A stretch of 64,000 bases of DNA from Actinomycetota bacterium (GTDB taxonomy: Bacteria; Actinomycetota; Geothermincolia; Geothermincolales; RBG-13-55-18), in NCBI GenBank assembly GCA_014360645.1, contig JACIXD010000018.1:8638-72637 (forward strand), written 5' to 3'. This document shows, piece by piece, positions 17,547 through 26,480 of this stretch (the stretch's first letter is position 1; every line of letters starts with the position of its first letter). The translations under genes were made by a program, and so were the position numbers. The notes beneath the pieces were generated by a model that made no database searches, was not told the DNA's origin, and saw only the letters and a program-made list of their open reading frames with translations.

Positions 17547-18314
17547 ATGCGCAAGGAAGAGCTCACGGAGATACTGGAGAGGGTGCGGCGCGGCGAGTTG
17601 GCTGTGGAGGAGGCGGTCTCGCGCATCGCCATGGAGCCGGTTACCGACCTGGGGTTCGCGGTGCTGGACCACCACCGCGAGCTGCGCAAGGGGCTTCCCG
17701 AGGTGGTCTACTGCGAGGGAAAGCCCCTGGACACCATCCGCCCCATCGTGGAGGCCCTGCTGGAGAAGAACCAGGGAAACATCCTGCTGACGCGCGCCTC
17801 GGAGGAGGTCTACGAGGAGGTGCTGCGTTCCTGCCCCCGGGCAGAATACCACCGCCAGGCCCGCTATGTGCTCATCCGCAGGGAGGAAAGGGAGCGGGTG
17901 GGAAAGATCGTGGTGGCCACGGGCGGCACGGCGGACATCCCCGTGGCCGAGGAGGCGAGCGTGGTGGCGGAGCTCACCGGGAACCGCGTGGAGAAGCTGT
18001 ACGACGTGGGCGTGGCGGGCATGCACCGCGTGCTGTCGCGCGCCGAGGTCTTCGCGGGGGCCAACGTGGCCGTGGTGGTGGCGGGCATGGAGGGTGCCCT
18101 GCCCAGCATCGTGGGGGGGATGGTGGACTACCCCGTGATCGCGGTGCCCACCTCGGTGGGGTACGGAGCCAGCATGGGGGGGCTGGCCGCCCTGCTCGGC
18201 ATGCTCAACTCCTGCGCCATGGGGGTGGCGGTGGTGAACATCGACAATGGCTTCGGCGCCGGCTACCTTGCCAACCTCATCAACCAGGCCGCCGTGAGGG
18301 GAAGCCGCAGCTGA
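17547..18314 (+). CDS. larB: LarB-type pyridinium-3,5-biscarboxylic acid mononucleotide synthase (PurE-like NCAIR mutase family)
   Basis: PurE-like core (VATGGTADIPVAEEA, VAGMEGALPSIVGG, AVPTSVGYG) with the LarB-specific N-terminal extension. Confidence 0.85.
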   Translation: MRKEELTEILERVRRGELAVEEAVSRIAMEPVTDLGFAVLDHHRELRKGLPEVVYCEGKPLDTIRPIVEALLEKNQGNILLTRASEEVYEEVLRSCPRAEYHRQARYVLIRREERERVGKIVVATGGTADIPVAEEASVVAELTGNRVEKLYDVGVAGMHRVLSRAEVFAGANVAVVVAGMEGALPSIVGGMVDYPVIAVPTSVGYGASMGGLAALLGMLNSCAMGVAVVNIDNGFGAGYLANLINQAAVRGSRS

Positions 18315-18456
18315 CCTCCGGTAAGGCGCCGCCCGGGGCGACCCTCGCGGCGGCGACGGGGAAGGAACCCTACTGAAAAGGACGGACCGGCAGGAGCTTT
18401 CTCGCTCCCCGAAAAGCCGCTCACCCCGGGCACAACCGCTCTGAGCTCTTGCCGAT

Positions 18457-19077
18457 TCAGGTAAGATAAAAGCGCATGATGGTCTGGTGCTCTCCAGACC
18501 TCGAAACCTCTCTGAAACCCGCGGCCAGGAAGACTGGCTTGAGCCCCATGAAGCCCGACGAGCCCGAGAGCCTTTCCGGAACGTCCACGGGATAGCCCTC
18601 CACCACTTCCGCTCCCATCTCGCGCGCGTATGCCACCGCCGCCTCGAGCAGGTGGCGCATGAGGCCTCGGCGGCGGTAATCCTTGGCCATGTAGAAACAT
18701 ACCACCGACCAGACTGGCCTCTCGTCCACGCGCTTCAATCTGGGTGATCTTTCCAGGGACGCGAATCTCTCGCGCGGCGCCACCGAGCACCACCCCACCG
18801 CCCTGCCGCGGTGGTAGGCGAGTATACCCGGCACCTCGCCGGAATCGACGATGGCTTTCATGGCCAGGCGGTTCCCCTCTCCTACCTGCTTTTGGAAGCG
18901 AGCGCGGCTGATCCTCCACCACATACACCAGCATCCGTTGTAAGCCCCGTGCTCGCCGAAGAGCTCCTCGAAGTCGTCCCACCGCTCGGGAGTGAGGGGG
19001 TGGTACTCGAGTTCCTCCGCGCGTAATCTCTCCCCGTCCATCTCATCACCCACCAGACGATCCACTACTCTGCCCAT
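18457..19077 (-). CDS. GNAT family N-acetyltransferase
   Basis: Acetyl-CoA binding region RRRGLMRHLLEAAVAYAREMG. An alternative start exists at 19041. Confidence 0.8.
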   Translation of the reverse strand: MGRVVDRLVGDEMDGERLRAEELEYHPLTPERWDDFEELFGEHGAYNGCWCMWWRISRARFQKQVGEGNRLAMKAIVDSGEVPGILAYHRGRAVGWCSVAPRERFASLERSPRLKRVDERPVWSVVCFYMAKDYRRRGLMRHLLEAAVAYAREMGAEVVEGYPVDVPERLSGSSGFMGLKPVFLAAGFREVSRSGEHQTIMRFYLT

Positions 19078-19339
19078 TCTACATCAAACCCTTGCTCGCC
19101 GTTCATGCACGGCGCTTACGCGGGAACGGCACGGGAAGGCCGTCCTGCCCTACCTCTTTCTCCCTTCCCCCAACCGCACCGTCCGTTCCCGCCACCGCGG
19201 AGGCAGTTGCACCGCCCGCCAAACCGATCGCGGCCTGACGTCATTTTCATGCCTGTGACGGCATGGCATGATATGTTGAAGTCACGTTCAAACCCGCCGG
19301 CCCCGGGGGAACGGCGTCGGAGCAGACTGGAGGGTGCCC

Positions 19340-20152
19340 ATGTCCAGCCCGTTATGGTTCGTGAAACTAGTGAGGAAGAGCTTCCCGCAGCGTTTCATCA
19401 TGGCCAGGCTCACCAGGCTGCCCCTCATCGGCAGGGGCATCGATCACCTCCTCTTCGACCGCGACGACATCGTCTACCTACCAAAGGACCGGGCCATCGC
19501 CGTGAACGAGCAGGTGGAGGCGGAGGGAGTGGTGCTCCCCTCGCGGGTCATCGAGGCCTTCATCGAAAAGGCCAACTACCTCTGGATCATGAACACCTGC
19601 ATCTGCCGCGAGGCTACGGGGTGCAGGGACTATCCCGTCGAACTGGGCTGCCTGTTCATGGGCGAGGCCGCCATGGACATCAATCCCAGGCTGGGACGCC
19701 GCGTCACCCGCGAGGAGGCCCGGGAGCACGTGCGCAGGTGCCGCGAGGCGGGGCTCTTCCAGCTCATCGGGAGGAACAAGCTCGACACCATGTGGCTCAA
19801 CGTCCGCCCCGGCACCAAGCTGTTGACGGTCTGCTTCTGCTGCCCCTGCTGCTGCTTATGGAAAATGCTGCCAGTACTTTCTCACCGCATCAGCGACAAG
19901 GTCCACCGCATGCCGGGGGTAAGGGTCACGGTGACCGACAGGTGCGCGGGATGCGGCAAGTGCGCCGAGGACGTGTGTATAGCCGGGGCCATCCGGCTGG
20001 CGGGCAAGCGAGCGGAGATAGGCGAGGAGTGCCGCGGCTGCGGGCACTGCGTGGAGGTATGTCCCCGGGGGGCCATCGAGCTCGCCATCGAGGATCCCGC
20101 ATTCATGGAGAGCCTCGTGGCCCGCATCTCCTCCCTGGTGGACGTGACCTGA
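19340..20152 (+). CDS. 4Fe-4S ferredoxin-domain protein with Cys-rich CFCCPCCC segment
   Basis: C-terminal CxxCxxCxxxC / CxxCxxCxxxCP dicluster motifs. ATG follows GGAGG. Confidence 0.75.
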   Translation: MSSPLWFVKLVRKSFPQRFIMARLTRLPLIGRGIDHLLFDRDDIVYLPKDRAIAVNEQVEAEGVVLPSRVIEAFIEKANYLWIMNTCICREATGCRDYPVELGCLFMGEAAMDINPRLGRRVTREEAREHVRRCREAGLFQLIGRNKLDTMWLNVRPGTKLLTVCFCCPCCCLWKMLPVLSHRISDKVHRMPGVRVTVTDRCAGCGKCAEDVCIAGAIRLAGKRAEIGEECRGCGHCVEVCPRGAIELAIEDPAFMESLVARISSLVDVT

Positions 20153-20160
20153 GGGGTGCC

Positions 20161-20796
20161 ATGGACTGGATAGATGTGACCGCCGCCATCTACAGCGGCA
20201 TGCCGCACTGGCCCGGAGACGAGGAGGTGGCGATCGAGAGGACGCAGGACCTGGAGCGAGGCGACCCATACAATCTCTCCCGCGCTTCCCTGGGACTGCA
20301 CGCCGGTACCCACGTGGATGCCCCTCTGCACTTCCTGCCCCGCGGGGCGGGGGTGGACGATATCGCCCTGCGGAACCTGGTGGGGCCCGCGCGCGTGCTG
20401 GAGATAATGGGTACCCGTGCCATCGGCCGCGCGGAGCTGGAAGCCCACCGCATCGAGGAGAGCGAGCGTATCCTGCTCAAGACCGACAACTCCACGCGAG
20501 CCTGGGAACGGGAGCCGTTCCGGGAGGATTATGCCTCCCTCACCCTGGAGGCCGCCCTTTTCCTGGCCGAGAGGAGGACGCTTCTGGCGGGTATCGATTA
20601 TCTTTCCATAGCCCCGCCGGGCAAGGAGGCGGCGGAGGTGCACCGTGTGCTCCTGGGCGCGGGGGTGGTGATATTGGAAGGGCTGGTACTCTCGGGGGTG
20701 GCGCCAGGCGTTTACGAGCTGGTCTGCCTGCCGCTCAGGGTCGCCAGGGGGGACGGCGCGCCGGCGCGCGCGATACTCAGGTCCCTGCATTCATAG
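20161..20796 (+). CDS. Cyclase / kynurenine formamidase (arylformamidase) family protein
   Basis: HAGTHVDAPLH metal-binding motif. Sits 8 nt after the preceding Fe-S gene, so probably the same operon. Confidence 0.85.
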   Translation: MDWIDVTAAIYSGMPHWPGDEEVAIERTQDLERGDPYNLSRASLGLHAGTHVDAPLHFLPRGAGVDDIALRNLVGPARVLEIMGTRAIGRAELEAHRIEESERILLKTDNSTRAWEREPFREDYASLTLEAALFLAERRTLLAGIDYLSIAPPGKEAAEVHRVLLGAGVVILEGLVLSGVAPGVYELVCLPLRVARGDGAPARAILRSLHS

Positions 20797-21236
20797 AGGG
20801 CGAGAAGGAGCCTGGGTCTCTTCCCCCTGCCGTCATCTTGTCTCCCGGTCCTCGCATCTTCGGAATCTTTCCTGGAGTTGTCGATCACGTGATTACCCGC
20901 CTTACCGCCGCTCGGGGCTTTCCCTCCCGGACCCGCTTGCGGCCTCCGTTCGCGGGCGCTCCGACCCGGCATGTCCGCCCGTGCCGCGCACCGGGATCGG
21001 CCTCCTGATCGGCGACTCGAGCCGGCGCGCCGCCCCGTCGCCTCCCCATCCTCTCTCTTGATCCCGTGCCACACGGCTTATTCATTCTTCTCTCCCCGAA
21101 GCAGATATCCTCCGATGTGTGCCGCGCCCGCTTCTCCCATCCGGCGCGCACTTCCTCCCCCGCGGGGGAATAATAGTCGCGTCGACGCCGGAGAGCGCGG
21201 GACCTCCGCGCATGTGCGGACCGGGGAGGTAGCGTC

Positions 21237-21755
21237 ATGGATCTCGAGGGAAAGCGGGTCGCGGTGATCATCGGCAGGGGCTTCCAGGACCAGGAAGCCA
21301 CGGTCCCCATCGCCTTCCTACGGGATGAGGGCGCCGAGGTGACAACGGTTGGGCCGGAGACCGGGGAGGTCAAGGGCATCCACGGCACGGTCATCGAGGT
21401 GGTAAAAACCTTCCGCGAACTGGACCCTGCCGCTTTCGACGCCATGGTGGTGCCCGGGGGGAGGGCTCCCGCCTACCTGCGAAAATTCGAGGAGGCGCGG
21501 GAGTTCGTGGCCGCCTTCGCGGCCACCGGGAAACCCCTGGCAGCCATCTGCCACGGAGGGCAGCTCCTTGCCTCAGCCGGGTTGGTGAAAGGCCTTACCA
21601 TGACCGGGTACCCCAAGATCAAGGAGGAGATGGAGGAGGCCGGAGCCGTCTTCGTGGACCGCGAGGTGGTCATCGACCACAACATCATAACCTCCCGGGT
21701 GCCGGACGACCTGCCAGCCTTCAACGCCGCCTTGAAAGAGGCGCTGCTGAGATAG
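21237..21755 (+). CDS. DJ-1/PfpI family intracellular protease/deglycase
   Basis: Nucleophile elbow AICHGG and PfpI-like length and layout. Confidence 0.9.
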   Translation: MDLEGKRVAVIIGRGFQDQEATVPIAFLRDEGAEVTTVGPETGEVKGIHGTVIEVVKTFRELDPAAFDAMVVPGGRAPAYLRKFEEAREFVAAFAATGKPLAAICHGGQLLASAGLVKGLTMTGYPKIKEEMEEAGAVFVDREVVIDHNIITSRVPDDLPAFNAALKEALLR

Positions 21756-21804
21756 GCCCTTGCCGCGGGTCGGCCCGGAACCCTGGAGACAGGGGCCTCT
21801 CCGG

Positions 21805-22473
21805 TCAGACCAGGCCGGAAAGGACCTCACGCGCCCGCGACAGCGCGTCCTCCTCCCAAGTTTCCAGCGTCCTTCCCTCCATGACCGCGATGAAAGCCCG
21901 CAGCTCCTCCCGGATCCCTCGCTCTCTCTCCGCGCGTATGGCATCGTCCAGGGGGCGCGTGGCCTGGAGCTTCATGTTGCCCTCCAGCCACCCCTCGGGG
22001 AAGTACCAGTCCTTGAACCAGCGCAGCCCGGCATTCCATAGATAACGCCCCAGGGGTGTGGCCGGGGGAGGAAATCCCCGCTTGAGGCCCCTCTCCGTCT
22101 CCCGGAAAAGGGGGTGCTCCTCGGCTCCGTAGATGGCCATCATGGACCCTCCGGGCGGGATCAGCTCTCCCAGGACGGAGAAGAGCGCGGCGGTCAGGCC
22201 CTCCCCCTCCAAGTCGGCGTGCGCGCCCCCCGAAAAAGCCACATCCGGCCGGTATCGGAATTCCAGCCAGGGCCTTATATAATCGCCCCTGCCGGCGAAA
22301 AAGAGCCCCTCCACCACGGGATTTGACGAAATCCCGCCGTCCCTCAACAGGAAGAGGTGGAAATAGGTCTCCCTGCCCGTCCTCCCGGGCTTGAGGTCTC
22401 GGGGCAACAGCGAGTACCCGCCGAGGCGCCTCCCCTCCAGGGCTCGCATCAGGACCTCCGCGGGGCTTTCCAT
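21805..22473 (-). CDS. Hypothetical protein (no confidently recognised family)
   Basis: Coherent high-GC3 ORF. The ATG at 22473 follows AGGAGGT. The track ORF is longer (to 22548). Confidence 0.6.
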   Translation of the reverse strand: MESPAEVLMRALEGRRLGGYSLLPRDLKPGRTGRETYFHLFLLRDGGISSNPVVEGLFFAGRGDYIRPWLEFRYRPDVAFSGGAHADLEGEGLTAALFSVLGELIPPGGSMMAIYGAEEHPLFRETERGLKRGFPPPATPLGRYLWNAGLRWFKDWYFPEGWLEGNMKLQATRPLDDAIRAERERGIREELRAFIAVMEGRTLETWEEDALSRAREVLSGLV

Positions 22474-22675
22474 CACCTTTACATACCTCCTGCCAAAACA
22501 CGCAAACGTCTCCGGTCCATATTGTTCCCCGCAAGGCCGTGCTGTCACCTCCCCTTACCCGCAACCCGGAACGGGTGAGTGCGGGGCGCAGGGAAAAGGG
22601 GTTATTCGCCCGGCACGGAGGGGAAAGATAACAGCGCAAGAGCAAGAGAAGGTAAGGGAAAGGAGGTTCGGAAAG

Positions 22676-23179
22676 ATGCGTGAGATGACGGAGAAGTTCC
22701 TAAACGAAGCCTTCGCCGGGGAGAGCATGGCGCACATGAAGTACCAGCACTTCGCGGACAAGGCGGAGGCGGAGGGGCTCACGGAGATGGCCAGGATGTT
22801 CCGCGCCATCGCCTACGCCGAGCGCGTGCACGCCGGCAACCACCTGGAGGTGCTGGGAGGCCTGAAGTCCACCTCAGACAACATACAAGCATGCATCAAC
22901 GGCGAGACCTTCGAGATCAACGAGATGTACCCCGCCTATAACGCCGTGGCCAAGTTGCAGGACGAGGACGGCGCAGTGCGCAGCACCTACTATGCCCTGG
23001 AGGCGGAGAAGATCCACGCCGACTGGTACAAAGCGGCCAAGGAGGCGGTGGACAAAGGCGAGGACGTGAAGGTGGGGACCATCCAGATCTGCAGCGTGTG
23101 CGGGCACACCCGCGAGGGAAACGCCCCGGACAAGTGCCCCATATGCGGGGCCTCGAAGGACAAGTTCGTGCAGTTCTGA
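22676..23179 (+). CDS. rbr: Rubrerythrin
   Basis: Diiron ExxH motifs (AYAERVH, EAEKIH) plus a C-terminal rubredoxin-like CSVCG..CPICG. Confidence 0.9.
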   Translation: MREMTEKFLNEAFAGESMAHMKYQHFADKAEAEGLTEMARMFRAIAYAERVHAGNHLEVLGGLKSTSDNIQACINGETFEINEMYPAYNAVAKLQDEDGAVRSTYYALEAEKIHADWYKAAKEAVDKGEDVKVGTIQICSVCGHTREGNAPDKCPICGASKDKFVQF

Positions 23180-23237
23180 TCGGCTGAACGAAGACGGCGG
23201 GCGTCCGCCGCGAAGGAACGATAAAGGAGGTATGGAC

Positions 23238-23615
23238 ATGGCGGAGAGGATGGAGATCTACAAGTGCGAGATATGCGGCAACATCGTGGAGGTCCTCCAC
23301 GGAGGCAAGGGCACCCTGGTCTGCTGCGGCGAGGAGATGGTGCTGCAGGTGGAAAACACCGTTGACGCCGCGGTGGAAAAGCACGTCCCGGTGGTCGAGG
23401 TGCTAGAGGACGGGGTGCTGGTGAAGGTGGGCGAGGTCGCCCATCCCATGCAGGACGACCACTACATCGAATGGGTGCAGATAATCGTGGGGGACAGGTG
23501 CTCTCGCATCTTCCTGAAGCCGGGAATGGCGCCGGAGGGGAAATTCACGCCTCCCAAGGAGGGGATCACCGCCCGCGAGTACTGCAACCTCCACGGGCTG
23601 TGGAAGTCGAGCTAG
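23238..23615 (+). CDS. dfx: Desulfoferrodoxin (2Fe superoxide reductase)
   Basis: N-terminal desulforedoxin CxxC..CC (YKCEICGN..LVCCG) and the SOR centre II region (KHVP, H..H, C..H). Confidence 0.9.
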   Translation: MAERMEIYKCEICGNIVEVLHGGKGTLVCCGEEMVLQVENTVDAAVEKHVPVVEVLEDGVLVKVGEVAHPMQDDHYIEWVQIIVGDRCSRIFLKPGMAPEGKFTPPKEGITAREYCNLHGLWKSS

Positions 23616-23672
23616 GGGCCGAGATCGCCCTGCCCGGGAAGTGGCGGACATGCGGGCGAGGAGGATAGGCAG

Positions 23673-23699
23673 AAAAGGGCGCCCGCGCGGGCGCCCTTT
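23673..23699. terminator. Bidirectional intrinsic terminator between dfx and the peroxiredoxin gene
   Basis: AAAA-GGGCGCCC-gcgc-GGGCGCCC-TTT: a perfect 8-bp GC stem flanked by an A-run and a T-run, between convergent genes. Confidence 0.8.
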
Positions 23700-23714
23700 G
23701 CCGTGCCGCAAAGC

Positions 23715-24440
23715 TCAGAACGCGTTCTCCGGTTTCCATACCTTCCAAACCTTGCCGGCCAGATCCGGCCCGGGCTTGAGGGTGGGCTTGCCGGGCTGCC
23801 AGCCCGAGGGCATGACCTCGCCGGTCTTCGCGGTGTGCTGGTAGGCCTTGACCTGCCTGATCAGCTCGCTCACGTTGCGCCCCACCGGAGGGGTCATCAC
23901 CTCCATGGCCTGGATTATCCCGTCCGGGTCGATGAGGAAGCGGCCCCGGATGTTCACGCCCGCGTCCTCGTCATACACGCCGTAGGCCCGCCCGATGCGC
24001 CCGCCGGCGTCGCTGAGCATGGGGAAGGGCACGCCTCCTTTCACCATCTTGGAGAGTTCCTCCTCCTGCCATATCTTGTGGGTGAACCTGCTGTCCACGC
24101 TCATGGAGAGGACCTCCACGCCCAGCTTCTTCAGCTCGTTGTACTTGACGGCGACCGCCGACAGCTCGGTCGGTCATACGAAGGTGAAGTCTCCGGGGTA
24201 GAAACAGAGCAACACCCACTTGCCCTTGTAATCCGACAGCTTCACGTTCCTGAAGCCGCCCTTAACGAATGCGCTGGCCTCGAAATCGGGCGCGGGCTTT
24301 CCGACTTGAGCGATCACATCTCCACCTCCCTGTGGCACCGCCGATCCGCTCTCCTTTGCCGCGGCAGCCCCAGGCTGTGAGATTATGCCCTTGGCCGGTT
24401 CCACGCATCTGTCTTTCGGTTCCGCCTTCGCCGCTGCCAT
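23715..24440 (-). CDS. Peroxiredoxin (AhpC/Prx1 type) with in-frame TGA (24174-24176) at the peroxidatic Cys position; candidate selenoprotein (PrxU-like), otherwise a pseudogene
   Basis: Track ORFs 24174..24440 and 23715..24119 are in the same frame. Read-through gives [45 protein letters not shown]. Strong SD GAGGAGGTGA precedes the ATG at 24440. An alternative internal GTG start exists at 24317. Confidence 0.7.
24153..24175 (-). other. Hairpin overlapping/following the UGA (candidate bacterial SECIS-like element)
   Basis: The mRNA GACCG-A-CCGA-GCUG-UCGG-CGGUC forms a 9-bp stem with one bulged A and a 4-nt loop, starting at the GA of UGA. Not validated against SECIS models. Confidence 0.35.
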
Positions 24441-24541
24441 AACATCACCTCCTCGCCGCTCGCGGGGGTCACGCCCTCCCGTCTTGCGTGTTCACGCCAT
24501 GTAGCGCCCTTGGCGGAGAAGACACCGGAAGAGCCGCTGCC

Positions 24542-24823
24542 CTAGCCCTTGAGCTCCTCGACCTCTTCCTTCCCTTCCTCCAGCTCCTTGACCTGCTCCT
24601 CGTCCTCCATGAGCAGGAGGGCCTGGAACTCGCCCATGTGGGTCTTCTCTTCCCGGGCGATGTCCAGGAGCACGTCCTTGATGAGCTTGTTGTCGGTCAT
24701 GGCCGCGAGCTGCTCGTAGAGGTTGACCGCGTCCAGCTCGGCGATCATGCCAACGCGGCATATCTCCCGGTCCAGCTCCTTCCGGCTCATCCTGGACAGG
24801 TCCTTGGGGATCTCGGAAAGCAT
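24542..24823 (-). CDS. Small ferritin-like/rubrerythrin-like protein resembling encapsulated-ferritin (EncFtn) family
   Basis: AELDAVNLYEQLA..x..DVLLDIAREEKTHMGEFQALL resembles the EncFtn E-x-x-H/Y metal-site pattern (from memory). SD is CAGGAGGTGA. Confidence 0.65.
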   Translation of the reverse strand: MLSEIPKDLSRMSRKELDREICRVGMIAELDAVNLYEQLAAMTDNKLIKDVLLDIAREEKTHMGEFQALLLMEDEEQVKELEEGKEEVEELKG

Positions 24824-25248
24824 CTCTCACCTCCTGATGGGTTCGCGCGCCCCTCCCGTGTCGCGTCGGGGCGCCCCTGCTCCTCCCTTGCGCGGCAGGG
24901 GGCAATCCCCATGCCTTGTGATAATTGTTCCCACCCCGTCGGGGACTTTAACGGGTTGGTGCAAAGATTTATATACTTATGCCCATTTCCTCTCATATAT
25001 CTCATACAGGCCTTTCCTCCCATAAGGGCCTTCACCTCCGCCCTGTACCATCGGGGTGCCTGAAATTGGGCCGCGAGGGTCCTTCCGGCATGCCTGCCGC
25101 GGTCTGCCGGGTGACCGCCATCACCCCCGCGCCTACGGGGATGGAGCCGGGTAGCGGAGAGAGCCGTCACCCTTGGCTGTCTCCATCGATCCGGGCCCGG
25201 GCGGCACGGGGAAGACCGATATGAGCGCTTGCGATACTTTCTTATTTA

Positions 25249-25268
25249 TAGTATTAAGGTACTAGAAT
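25249..25268 (+). promoter_or_regulatory. Candidate promoter/operator of the Rrf2 operon
   Basis: The inverted repeat TAGTAttaaggTACTA overlaps a TAGAAT -10 box (25263-25268) in the most AT-rich stretch of the window. AAGGAG and the GTG at 25296 follow. Confidence 0.5.
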
Positions 25269-25295
25269 ATTATATATAAAGGAGCGGAGGACGCG

Positions 25296-25766
25296 GTGCG
25301 CGGGGTCCTGAACATCTCCGAGGCCTTTTCCCTCGCCCTCCACGCAGCCGTCCTGGTCGCCGCATCGGACGGCAAAAGGGAGACGGCGAGGGATATGGCC
25401 ACGGCTCTGGGCGCCTCTGAAAACCATCTCTCCAAGGTGCTGCAGCGCATGGTCAGGGCCGGGATACTGGTCTCGACGAGGGGGCCGGGAGGGGGCTTCT
25501 CCTTAGGCAGGCCGGCCCGGGAGATCACCCTCATGCAGATATACGAATGCGTGGAGGGCCCCTTCCGCCCCGTGAGGTGCCTCGCCCCCTTGCCCGTCTG
25601 CGGAGGCGGAAGGTGTGTCTTCGGAGGCCTCCTGGAGAGGACCAGCGGCGAGTTCGGAAGATACCTTGAGGTCATGACCCTGGAGGACATCGGCGGGAGA
25701 CCGAAAAGAGGCGTCAGCAATGAAAATGAAAAGAAAGATCGTGGAGATCGACGAGGAAAAGTGTGA
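25296..25766 (+). CDS. Rrf2 family transcriptional regulator (Cys-containing, probably Fe-S sensing)
   Basis: N-terminal wHTH typical of Rrf2 (ALHAAVLVA..A..LG.SENHLSKVLQRM..AGIL.S.RG..GGF.L) and a C-terminal Cys cluster CLAPLPVCGGGRC. Confidence 0.85.
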   Translation: MRGVLNISEAFSLALHAAVLVAASDGKRETARDMATALGASENHLSKVLQRMVRAGILVSTRGPGGGFSLGRPAREITLMQIYECVEGPFRPVRCLAPLPVCGGGRCVFGGLLERTSGEFGRYLEVMTLEDIGGRPKRGVSNENEKKDRGDRRGKV

Positions 25767-26478
25767 TGGTTGCGGTCTCTGCGCCGAGGCGTGCGCGGAG
25801 GGCGCCATCAGCATCATCGACGGCAAGGCAAGGCTGGTGAGCGAGAGCTACTGCGACGGCCTCGGGGCTTGCATCGGGGAGTGCCCGCGCGACGCCATCA
25901 CCATCGTGGAGCGCGAGGCGGACCACTTCGACGAGGAAGCGGTGGCCCGACACCTGGCGGGCGGTCCGGAAAAGGAGGGGGGTAGCGGCGTCAAGGCGCA
26001 GAGCGATGAAGCGGGCCACCTCCCCTGCGGGTGCCCCGGATCCATGACCAGAGAACTGGAGGTCGAGGAATCGGCACTGCCCGCGGGGGACGAGATCCCA
26101 GCCGTCTCCCGCCTGCGCAACTGGCCGGTGCAGCTGAGGCTGGTCCCCGTCAACGCCCCTTATCTCAACGGCGCCGACCTCCTGCTGGCGGCGGACTGCA
26201 CCGGGTTCGCGTGCCCGGATCTTCACCGTTCCTTCCTGGCGGGGAAGGTGCTCCTGGTGGGATGCCCGAAACTGGACGACGCCGCCTTCTACCGCGAGAA
26301 GCTCGCCACCATCCTGCGAGAGAACGAGATCCGCAGCCTTACCGTGCTCATCATGGAGGTGCCCTGCTGCTCCGGCCTCGCGCACCTCGCGCGGCAGGCG
26401 GTTGCGGACTCCCGGCGGGACATACCCCTACGCACCGTGACCCTGAGTATCCGGGGTGAGATATTGGTGGGATCTTAG
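25720..26478 (+). CDS. 4Fe-4S dicluster domain protein
   Basis: CDGCGLCAEAC and CDGLGACIGECP ferredoxin motifs, with further Cys pairs C-terminally. Overlaps the end of the Rrf2 gene. Confidence 0.8.
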   Translation: MKMKRKIVEIDEEKCDGCGLCAEACAEGAISIIDGKARLVSESYCDGLGACIGECPRDAITIVEREADHFDEEAVARHLAGGPEKEGGSGVKAQSDEAGHLPCGCPGSMTRELEVEESALPAGDEIPAVSRLRNWPVQLRLVPVNAPYLNGADLLLAADCTGFACPDLHRSFLAGKVLLVGCPKLDDAAFYREKLATILRENEIRSLTVLIMEVPCCSGLAHLARQAVADSRRDIPLRTVTLSIRGEILVGS

Positions 26479-26480
26479 TC

